Shown here: positions 27,977 through 34,865 of the stretch, one piece after another
Layout: each line of letters opens with the position of its first letter
Position numbering within the stretch: position 1 is the stretch's first letter
Virus record (IMG/VR): IMGVR_UViG_3300028384_001071
Span: 37,565 to 101,564 of that record
Length of the DNA stretch: 64,000 nucleotides
DNA from: a virus
Reading direction: 5' to 3' (one strand)
Notes under the pieces: model-generated
What the model was told of the DNA's origin: nothing
The model's input: the letters and a program-made list of their open reading frames with translations, nothing else
Databases searched by the model: none
Position numbers and translations under genes: made by a program

Positions 27977-30705
27977 TAACCCACCTTCGGGACAAGATTG
28001 TCCTCTACTTTGATAAGAGGTACAGACACGTCTGCATCCGGACTCAGTGGCTCCCAGCTAATGTTGCCGACATACCATTGAGATGAACGAGCCGCTACTC
28101 TACCTTTGGGATGTTGTTTCGGAAGCCGACGGCCTGTCTTGATCTTACCCCAATCAGTCTGATAGGCAGGATCGAGCCAAGCAGCAAACCTCTCATAGAA
28201 CTCACTCCACTTGATCATTTGACCAGTGACGTGGAAACAGTGTTCCCGGATGAAGACCTCCAAGAAGGACTCGTTGGCAATCGCCGCAGCAGTCTTGATC
28301 TCGGTCTCGATAACAGGAACATTCAATCGATCCGCAGGAGGCGGAATCTCAAGATTCAACAATTCACATAGGAAGTCAGGAGCCTCTCGTTCGAGTTGAG
28401 GCAGCATGTCTTTCTTTGGAATCATCTGTCCGGGATTGAGAGTCGGTACCTCAACCATCGTAATACGAGTGTCCTCGCTGATGATCGGGCAGAACTCAAC
28501 CTGATTGGCACATTGGATGAAGTGACACGTATTCGTGACCGTGTATGGTGTCATACCCTTCTGATGCACTTGCATCGTCGGAGATGTAACCCAGTCCTTA
28601 ATACGCTGCTGAGCCTGACGGTTAGTACGCAGGTCCGTTTCCTCGATGACACACAACACTGAGCCTTCTAGTTCACCGTTGAAGCCCTGTTGGTTGATCA
28701 GAGCAGCATCAGCCCTAGCCACACCTCGAGTCATCAACAATGACACCGCTTCGTGTAGGATCGACTTACCCGTGCCCTGCTCCTGTGAATACAGAAACAG
28801 ATAAGGCAACGGCTGCTCCGGTTCCTGTAACAAGGACGCCAGCCAGCACTTCAAGTAATCCGCACCAGTGAGAATGCCATTACTCTGACACCACTTGTGC
28901 TTGCTCACCGCCTCATCGAGCCCTGAGCCGATATGCTCAAGTATCTTCATCCATGTGGGATATTGAAGATTGGAGGAAATGTCCGAGGGTCGGAACCGCA
29001 ACTGTGCGGCATTCCGATTCCACATCCGATCCCCGATGAACTCAGGTTGAAAAGGTCGGCAGACTACTGTCCACGGCTTTGCGATGGCCGCACCTAGAAT
29101 CTGGTCAACTTCCCTACCCTTACGATCATGTGACCCTCGCAGGTACACCTTCACGTCGTCCTTCTTCTTCATACGCCAGACCGAATCGCCTTGCAGCGAC
29201 CAACCTGTCATATAGTCTTCGCCATTGGCACCTGTTACAAGGTGACGGATTTGGTCGTCGTAATTCGCGACTTCCGTTTCCACCGCCTTGGTAGACTTAA
29301 TTGTGAAGAACTTCATCCAAGTCTTCTTGTTCGGGAGCCAACCCTTCATCTCGCCGCCGTCGTCACGATCGTCTTTGTCGATTTCGACCTTCAGACGTCC
29401 ATCCTTGTGGAGTGACATCCGAGTCTTACGACCGTGATACTTAGGTTTGAGTCCGAAGTCCGCACCCAACTGCCCAGCCGCCTTGTTCGCAGTCTGGGCA
29501 TCCATGAAGTTGAATCCGCCCTTATCGTCTTCAACCCCCTCACCTGCACGAGATACAGTCTTGAGATCGGGATCGATATTGTAGAAACATCGAGTCCAGC
29601 CTTGACCATCCTGCTCCCACGTGTCCGCCTCTGCGACACCGGGTGTGAATCGACGTACGACCCACCCACCGTGTCGAGTAGGAAACGCGAAGGCATTCCA
29701 CTCTAAGCCCTTCTCACGGCCTTTCGATGCAGTCTGGTAGATTCCCTTGAAACCAAGTTCCTCGTGAGCTACTAATAGGTCGTGAGTGTGACATGTAAGC
29801 ATCTTGGAATCCTGATCCCATGCCCACATAGCCTTGCTACTCTCAAGCCAGCGTATCAACTTCTCGTGGCCAGCATCCAAACTAATGGACGATCTACGAG
29901 ATGTGATATCCTCGAATGCAGCCTCGATACTCGTGTCACCAGACAGTGCTATGAACTTTGGCTGAGGTCGGGATCTCTTCCCTTTGACAACGGTCACGTG
30001 ATCTTCCCAGTTCGTGGGAACATCCTCCAACACACCGCCTGCTTTGACGAGTTTCAATCCCTCAGGATTGTCAGCCATCTTCCGATGCCATACCCACATG
30101 TTACCACCACATACATCCACTTTGGACGTGAAGTCGAAGCCTGTGAGTCCTGCCATCTTACCCAGGATCGCACGGGCGAGAGCCGCGTGCTCTGTGTGAT
30201 TCTGCGTAGGTACATTGGGCAACATGACATACAGATGTAAGCCACGTCCGCCGGTGCTCTTACGCACAGTCACCCAGTTAAGATCGGTAACAGCCTGTTG
30301 CACTTCTCCAAGCTCGATGTCTGTGAGCTTCTTCTCGTGTTTCTCGCTGTGCCCGATGATTGCGTCGAAGTCGTACCCGACCCAACGCGATTGTCTGTTG
30401 ACCCAATCCCACCCTGTCATCCCGATTGCTAAAGCATGCATCTCAAGATCAAAGGAAATGACTCGGTCTTCATATGTCGGTTCTGAGTTTGCATTATAGG
30501 GGATTCGGAAGGACTTCCATGTTTGCATTCCATCCGTCCACGCCTGCCAGCGTCTACCTTTGAATTCACCATCCACACGCTCGCCGCCATCCTGTGCGAC
30601 ATTTACCTGACATTCCATATCATGTGAGTACATGGATGACAAGTCTGGATGTGTCTTCGCCAGTAGCAGATTCTTGACCGCCTCAGTGCGGGTCACCTTT
30701 GCCAT
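27976..30705 (-). CDS. Primase-helicase (AEP-type N-terminus plus SF3/DUF5906-like NTPase)
   Basis: YDFD and STGGRGLHLY primase motifs; QGTGKS Walker A; FNGELEG...IEE; GGAGGG RBS before ATG 30705. Confidence 0.85.
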   Translation of the reverse strand: MAKVTRTEAVKNLLLAKTHPDLSSMYSHDMECQVNVAQDGGERVDGEFKGRRWQAWTDGMQTWKSFRIPYNANSEPTYEDRVISFDLEMHALAIGMTGWDWVNRQSRWVGYDFDAIIGHSEKHEKKLTDIELGEVQQAVTDLNWVTVRKSTGGRGLHLYVMLPNVPTQNHTEHAALARAILGKMAGLTGFDFTSKVDVCGGNMWVWHRKMADNPEGLKLVKAGGVLEDVPTNWEDHVTVVKGKRSRPQPKFIALSGDTSIEAAFEDITSRRSSISLDAGHEKLIRWLESSKAMWAWDQDSKMLTCHTHDLLVAHEELGFKGIYQTASKGREKGLEWNAFAFPTRHGGWVVRRFTPGVAEADTWEQDGQGWTRCFYNIDPDLKTVSRAGEGVEDDKGGFNFMDAQTANKAAGQLGADFGLKPKYHGRKTRMSLHKDGRLKVEIDKDDRDDGGEMKGWLPNKKTWMKFFTIKSTKAVETEVANYDDQIRHLVTGANGEDYMTGWSLQGDSVWRMKKKDDVKVYLRGSHDRKGREVDQILGAAIAKPWTVVCRPFQPEFIGDRMWNRNAAQLRFRPSDISSNLQYPTWMKILEHIGSGLDEAVSKHKWCQSNGILTGADYLKCWLASLLQEPEQPLPYLFLYSQEQGTGKSILHEAVSLLMTRGVARADAALINQQGFNGELEGSVLCVIEETDLRTNRQAQQRIKDWVTSPTMQVHQKGMTPYTVTNTCHFIQCANQVEFCPIISEDTRITMVEVPTLNPGQMIPKKDMLPQLEREAPDFLCELLNLEIPPPADRLNVPVIETEIKTAAAIANESFLEVFIREHCFHVTGQMIKWSEFYERFAAWLDPAYQTDWGKIKTGRRLPKQHPKGRVAARSSQWYVGNISWEPLSPDADVSVPLIKVEDNLVPKVG

Positions 30706-30810
30706 TAGCCCTCCCATCGAGAAGTAGTAACATCGACATCCGGTTTCCCGATGTGGATGTGGTCCGACCATTTCAACGGTCGGTTTAGTGTAAACTTAGA
30801 CCTTACACTT

Positions 30811-30841
30811 TATACTAGAGCAACAACAGGAAATAATTGCA
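30811..30841 (-). promoter_or_regulatory. Leftward copy of bipartite promoter-like motif TGCAATTATT-N11-CTCTAGTATA
   Basis: Identical boxes and spacing to the rightward copy at 31086-31116; points toward the primase operon. Confidence 0.6.
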
Positions 30842-30848
30842 CTTGCTC

Positions 30849-31007
30849 TAAGTCCAATCATATCAACGACTTACAACTTACGTTTACCACTTTCACCCAA
30901 AGCCCAGAACAAAAGCAAGTACAGAGAGAATAGAAACATAGTGAGAGTATAGGGGGAAACTTGTAACGTAAATGACGTAAGCCGTTCACTGCAAACAACT
31001 TACGTCA
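30849..31007. repeat. Two TAAGYC-N13-RACTTA inverted-repeat sites (30849-30873 and 30973-31007)
   Basis: TAAGTC-caatcatatcaac-GACTTA and TGACG-TAAGCC-gttcactgcaaac-AACTTA-CGTCA. Confidence 0.55.
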
Positions 31008-31017
31008 AGTTCGGCGT

Positions 31018-31034
31018 TTGGCACGGCATTTGCT
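31018..31034 (+). promoter_or_regulatory. sigma54 (-24/-12) consensus promoter
   Basis: TTGGCACGGCATTTGCT matches YTGGCACGRNNNTTGCW; GG and GC are separated by 10 bp. Confidence 0.65.
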
Positions 31035-31085
31035 ACGCACGCACGCACGCGATCTATTTAATCCCTGACATTTTCCCGGAATTCA

Positions 31086-31116
31086 TGCAATTATTCCGCC
31101 AACTTACTCTAGTATA
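31086..31116 (+). promoter_or_regulatory. Rightward copy of bipartite promoter-like motif TGCAATTATT-N11-CTCTAGTATA
   Basis: TGCAATTATT-ccgccaactta-CTCTAGTATA-gaat. Confidence 0.6.
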
Positions 31117-31187
31117 GAATACAGGCCGGAATGTTTCCGGCGATCGTGAATCAACCCCGAAATGCCATAGTTGAGTTGCGTGAGGTA

Positions 31188-31216
31188 CATCGACATCGGG
31201 ACTCCCGATGTCGATG
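31188..31216. promoter_or_regulatory. Perfect palindrome with 14-bp arms (operator/parS-like)
   Basis: CATCGACATCGGGA-C-TCCCGATGTCGATG; the half-site recurs at 51060 and 51208. Confidence 0.6.
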
Positions 31217-31348
31217 CAACTGTTCAAAGTCGATGACACATCGGACCGAAATGAGGAGGCAACACATTAAGCATTAACATCCTACCCAAACGGATTGCAC
31301 ATCGAAAACGGACTCAACTGCAACATTCTGTTTGAGGTATTGTTCACC

Positions 31349-32452
31349 ATGAGTGACGCTGCTGCTACTACTACGAAGTCTGAACTGAAGGAAATCCCAC
31401 TGTCGATGATTCGAGAGAATCCTGTGGCCCTTCGAGACGTGAATCGTAACACTGAGAACTACATGGAGATCGTCGACTCGATCAAGACCCGTGGCGTTCT
31501 CAATCCAATCGTCGTCCGGGCGATGAAAGATCCGGAGACTGACGAAGAGTTCTACAGCCTGATTGACGGGCTGCACCGCTACACCGCATCTCAAGATGCT
31601 GGTAAGGAAACTATCCCTGCTCACATTACGAGCATGGAAGATGCTGATGTCCTTGTTGCACAGATCATTGGTAACATTCACCGCATCGAGACGCGACCTG
31701 TCGAATACTCGAAGCAGCTTCAGCGAATCCTCGCTCAAGACCCAATGCTGACGTCGGCACAACTCGCGAAACAACTCGGCAAGTCCACGACGTGGATCAC
31801 CGACCGTTTGAATTTGCGAAAGATTGACGACAACATCGCCAAGTTGGTCGATGAAGGCAAGATCAACTTGTCGAACGCATTCGCACTTTCGAAGCTGCCA
31901 TCGGAAGAGCAGGCAGACTTCGCTGACCGTGCGATCACGATGACACCTGCGGAATTCACCGCAACTGTCTCTGAGCGTAAGAAGGCGTTGGACAAAGCCC
32001 GCCGTGAGGGCAAGGCTGCGACCAAGGGCGAATTCGTTCCCCCGGTCCATATGCGAAAGTTGAAGGAAGTTCGAACAGAGTTCGAGAAGCCGGAAGTCGG
32101 ACCACACCTGCTCAAAGAGCACGGCGTCAAGACCCCGATGGATGCATTCGCACTGGGCGTCGCCTGGGTTCTGCACCAAGACCCGACATCAGTCGCCGTC
32201 GCGAAGCAGAAGGACGACGCACGGAAGCGAGAGCTTCAGGAGAAGCGGGACAAGGCGAAAGCCCAGCGAGCATCGAACAAGGCGTCACAAGCTGCGACAC
32301 GTGCAGCACGTCTTCAGGTCGAATCAGAACTGCTCGAAAAGGGAGCGGACGAAGCTACCATCAAGAAAGCACTCGACGAGTTCGATGCTGCGAACGGCAT
32401 GAAGGACGGCAAGTTCGTCAAGCCCGAGAAGACCGAAGGCGATGCTAAGTAG
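31349..32452 (+). CDS. ParB/Spo0J-family protein with C-terminal coiled coil
   Basis: SIKTRGVLNPIVVR, IDGLHRYTA and HTH AQLAKQLGKSTTWITDRL. Confidence 0.85.
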   Translation: MSDAAATTTKSELKEIPLSMIRENPVALRDVNRNTENYMEIVDSIKTRGVLNPIVVRAMKDPETDEEFYSLIDGLHRYTASQDAGKETIPAHITSMEDADVLVAQIIGNIHRIETRPVEYSKQLQRILAQDPMLTSAQLAKQLGKSTTWITDRLNLRKIDDNIAKLVDEGKINLSNAFALSKLPSEEQADFADRAITMTPAEFTATVSERKKALDKARREGKAATKGEFVPPVHMRKLKEVRTEFEKPEVGPHLLKEHGVKTPMDAFALGVAWVLHQDPTSVAVAKQKDDARKRELQEKRDKAKAQRASNKASQAATRAARLQVESELLEKGADEATIKKALDEFDAANGMKDGKFVKPEKTEGDAK

Positions 32453-32499
32453 CCCGGTCCACCCGACCACATTCACATCTCAGAGAATCGAGTAACAAC

Positions 32500-33219
32500 A
32501 TGAAGACTATTCCAGCAGCTCCGTTCGCATCCGTATTCGGTGACGATGGCGGCTCCCTGATCTCACTTGCTGACTTGCAGGTGGGCGGTGAATTGACCAC
32601 TTCCGATGAGGACTTCGACAGTCTGATTACCTCGTCTTCCTTCCTACCTCGCGTCCAACTGTTTGGTGCAAACAGCAATGCTGTCACCGAAGAGAAGATC
32701 GGCCTCGGTCGATTCGGACTCGTGAAGTCGAAGGACGACATCGAAGACCTTGGTAAGACACTCGAATGTCTGCCAATTGCTTGGCGTTTCAAGGCGATGC
32801 AGATCGCCGATGGTGAAGTAGTCAGTAACTACGATCACGAATCCGACGAGTTCAAGCGTATCCAAGCGGAGTCTGAGGAAACCGATTCGGGAGCCATGTA
32901 TGGCATCGAGTTCCTCCTGTGGATTCCGGACATCAGTGGCTACGCCACTTACTTCCTGTCATCGAAGTCAAGTCGCCGTGAGGCGAAGCCGCTTCGAGCA
33001 CTGCTTGGAAAGGCAGCCTCCATCGAGGCTAACTTGGTCAAGACGAAGAAGTATGCGTGGCACGCTCCAAAGGTATCGTCAAGTGCGACACCATTCACGA
33101 ACATCCCTGATGGGGAAAGCGTTCGTGCTGAACTGGAGAAGTTCAAGAATCCTTCGTCATCGAAGACTGAAGGCACGACGGATGAGGAAGAGAAAGCGGT
33201 CGACGGAAGTCGCCGCTAG
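32500..33219 (+). CDS. Putative phage single-stranded DNA-binding protein
   Basis: FLPRVQL motif, beta-rich core and acidic C-terminal tail. Confidence 0.55.
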   Translation: MKTIPAAPFASVFGDDGGSLISLADLQVGGELTTSDEDFDSLITSSSFLPRVQLFGANSNAVTEEKIGLGRFGLVKSKDDIEDLGKTLECLPIAWRFKAMQIADGEVVSNYDHESDEFKRIQAESEETDSGAMYGIEFLLWIPDISGYATYFLSSKSSRREAKPLRALLGKAASIEANLVKTKKYAWHAPKVSSSATPFTNIPDGESVRAELEKFKNPSSSKTEGTTDEEEKAVDGSRR

Positions 33220-33226
33220 CGTATAC

Positions 33227-33284
33227 AGGGCCGGAGTCGATGGGTTATCGATGCTACTGAATCCCACCGACAACAACATGCCCT
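33227..33284 (+). ncRNA. Minimal Y-RNA-like hairpin A (normal orientation)
   Basis: AGGGC-CGGA-GTCGATGG-GTTATC...CCCACCGAC-AACAACAT-GCCCT. Confidence 0.7.
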
Positions 33285-33290
33285 AACTTT

Positions 33291-33420
33291 GAAGAGGTAG
33301 GCAACACGGTTAGCCGCGAGTAGTGTAGACCATGACATCAACATTCCCGCCATGCGGGACGGCGTCTATGGATTATCAATAAGGAACTCGTGTATGTTGG
33401 TTCGAATCCAACTCTCTTCA
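33291..33420 (+). ncRNA. tRNA-like RNA B with permuted Y-like helix in the anticodon loop
   Basis: Acceptor GAAGAGG/TCTCTTC-A; D-arm; stem CGAGT/ACTCG; T-arm GTTGG-TTCGAAT-CCAAC; insert TGTAGAC...CAACAT-TCCCGC-CAT-GCGGGA-CGGC-GTCTATG-GATTATC. Confidence 0.7.
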
Positions 33421-33422
33421 CT

Positions 33423-33486
33423 TGCGGGTCGATGTATGACGGTTATCTTTTGGGAAGCTAGTCCCGTCAACACAACTATATCCGCA
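33423..33486 (+). ncRNA. Minimal Y-RNA-like hairpin C (normal orientation)
   Basis: TGCGGGT-CGA-TGTATGACG-GTTATC...CCGTCAACA-CAACTAT-ATCCGCA. Confidence 0.7.
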
Positions 33487-33490
33487 TCCT

Positions 33491-33611
33491 GTCAACGTAG
33501 TGTAATGGAAGCACGCTAAATCATGGTCTCCGACATATGCCTTCTGGGCCGGATGGAAGATCGTTATCGAATTAAAATCGAGTAGTCTAGGTTCGAATCC
33601 TAGCGTTGGCA
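33491..33611 (+). ncRNA. tRNA-like RNA D (UAA anticodon loop) interrupted by a 50-nt permuted Y-like module
   Basis: Acceptor GTCAACG/CGTTGGC-A; D-arm GTGT/GCAC; T-arm CTAGG-TTCGAAT-CCTAG; removing 33518-33567 gives CTCGA-ATTAAAA-TCGAG. Confidence 0.75.
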
Positions 33612-33633
33612 TCCCGAGGTCTCGGGTCTTGAA

Positions 33634-33709
33634 GGCGGGTTGGAGTAGTCTGGCTTATCTCGTCAGGTTTTGATTCTGAAGATCGTAGGTTCGAATCCTA
33701 CACCCGCTT
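33634..33709 (+). tRNA. tRNA-Gln(UUG)
   Basis: Cloverleaf with anticodon arm TCAGG-TTTTGAT-TCTGA; no encoded CCA. Confidence 0.8.
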
Positions 33710-33715
33710 CTATAT

Positions 33716-33790
33716 CGCAGGTTGGAGAAGTCGGGTCATCTCACTTGGCTCATAACCAAGAGATCGTGGGTTCGAATCCCACACCTGCTA
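33716..33790 (+). tRNA. tRNA-Met(CAU), initiator-like
   Basis: C1:U72 mismatch; CTTGG-CTCATAA-CCAAG; T-arm GTGGG-TTCGAAT-CCCAC. Confidence 0.88.
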
Positions 33791-33794
33791 TTAA

Positions 33795-33868
33795 GGGCGA
33801 GTAGCTCAACTGGGAGAGCATCCGGTTTGCAACCGGAAGGTTGCGGGTTCAAGTCCCGCCTCGGTCCA
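33795..33868 (+). tRNA. tRNA-Ala(UGC)
   Basis: TCCGG-TTTGCAA-CCGGA; G3.U70 present; one bulged G in the acceptor stem. Confidence 0.85.
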
Positions 33869-33870
33869 TT

Positions 33871-33934
33871 CGATCCCATTCAGTGCGTAACTGTTATGCT
33901 CGTAAATTCATCGAGCCGGAGGCGATCGGTTATC
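33871..33934 (+). ncRNA. Circularly permuted Y-like module E
   Basis: CGATCCC...TAT-GCTCG-loop-CGAGC-CGGA-GGCGATCG-GTTATC. Confidence 0.6.
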
Positions 33935-34006
33935 TACGAAATTCAAACTGAGGTAAGTAGATTGAAGAATGACTATGGTTAAACGTGGTGTGGGCAACCA
34001 CCAATT

Positions 34007-34055
34007 CGATTGTCGATGACATACCCGCCTGTCGGGTCGGACGATAATCGTTACC
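34007..34055 (+). ncRNA. Circularly permuted Y-like module E2
   Basis: CGATTGTCG-ATGACAT-ACCCG-CCTGT-CGGGT-CGGA-CGATAATCG-TTACC. Confidence 0.65.
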
Positions 34056-34089
34056 CTACGAAAAGCCCACGGGTCGCAAGGCCCAACAC

Positions 34090-34161
34090 TGTACGATAGC
34101 TTAATGGTAAAGCGTCCGGCTGTTAACCGGGTGACTGTAGGTTCGAGTCCTACTCGTACAG
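34090..34161 (+). tRNA. tRNA-Asn(GUU)
   Basis: Acceptor TGTACGA/TCGTACA-G; TCCGG-CTGTTAA-CCGGG. Confidence 0.9.
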
Positions 34162-34169
34162 CTACTTCT

Positions 34170-34264
34170 GGAACCGTTGCCTGTTGGTAGGCACCTGATT
34201 CTCATAACATGCCAAATAGGCCGGAGAGCATTAGTTATCGTTGGTTCGATTCCAATCGGTTCCA
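34170..34264 (+). ncRNA. tRNA-like RNA F whose anticodon arm is a permuted Y-like helix
   Basis: Acceptor GGAACCG/CGGTTCC-A; D-arm GCCT/AGGC; CTGATTCTC-ATAACAT-GCC-AAATA-GGC-CGGA-GAGCATTAG; TTATC as variable loop; T-arm GTTGG-TTCGATT-CCAAT. Confidence 0.8.
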
Positions 34265-34334
34265 CTGACGGCTTCTGTCTGACTTATGACTCACCATACC
34301 TGAGCAAATAGTCCACAGAAGCCGTCCAATACAA

Positions 34335-34430
34335 TTCGATGGTGGTAACTCGCTGGGAGCGGGCAGCGTACGATCTGGATGATCATTCGTGGAGCAAAGA
34401 AGCAGGTTCGATTCCTGCACCAACATCGAA
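34335..34430 (+). ncRNA. Degenerate tRNA-like element
   Basis: Long closing stem TTCGATG-G-TGGT/ACCA-A-CATCGAA with T-arm GCAGG-TTCGATT-CCTGC; no canonical anticodon arm. Confidence 0.5.
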
Positions 34431-34495
34431 GTAGGTAGTCGTGCCATTTCCGAAGCATGGCCACGCAATCTGAAACATAGTGCGACTACCGCCAC

Positions 34496-34566
34496 GGTCC
34501 TAAGGTGTTATGGTAGCATGACTGGTTGTCTACCAGTTGGCCGGGGTTCGACTCCCCGTAGGATCG
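34496..34566 (+). tRNA. tRNA-Asp(GUC)
   Basis: Acceptor GGTCCTA/TAGGATC-G; ACTGG-TTGTCTA-CCAGT. Confidence 0.85.
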
Positions 34567-34644
34567 CTTGGCCTTTGCTAAGGTTAGCAATATCTGCGAA
34601 ACCCTTTGAAAGCATCGGTCCCCATTTCCAAAAGGAACCATGAG

Positions 34645-34785
34645 ATGCAGTGTATTACTGTTGAAGCCATCATCGCAGAACTTCGAGAGATCAAGGATAC
34701 TGTCGATGGTGAACCGGGTCAGGCGAAAGCCAAGATCGAAACACTGATGAACATCCTTGAACGCTCCGAGCGGTCATGTGCGTAA
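34645..34785 (+). CDS. Small hypothetical protein (46 aa) inside the RNA array
   Basis: AAGGA RBS; MQCITVEAIIAELREIKD...ERSCA, an amphipathic helical hairpin. Confidence 0.45.
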   Translation: MQCITVEAIIAELREIKDTVDGEPGQAKAKIETLMNILERSERSCA

Positions 34786-34865
34786 GGCGACCGTGATTTC
34801 ACACATCTCGGAAAGCCTGTCACCGTAAACCTGAATGTGTGCAGGGAATGAAGGTGACACTTTGT

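Noticed and set aside
22359-30705. Modified-base (e.g. 2-aminoadenine or deazaguanine) pathway
   Set aside because: No PurZ, DpdA/Que or hydroxymethylase motifs were recognised; the genes fit ordinary dNTP supply plus a Dam-type methylase.
31123-31140. Extra Y-like module at AGGCCGGAATG
   Set aside because: It lacks GTTATC and a CAT-GCC partner strand; it is better explained as a short CCGGAA/TTCCGG palindrome.
31274-32179. 301-aa reverse-strand ORF
   Set aside because: Antisense shadow of the well-supported ParB gene with no recognisable motifs. The same applies to most nested short ORFs in the track.
33291-33611. Group I/II self-splicing introns in tRNA-like B and D
   Set aside because: The inserts are only 50-64 nt and lack the catalytic core elements.
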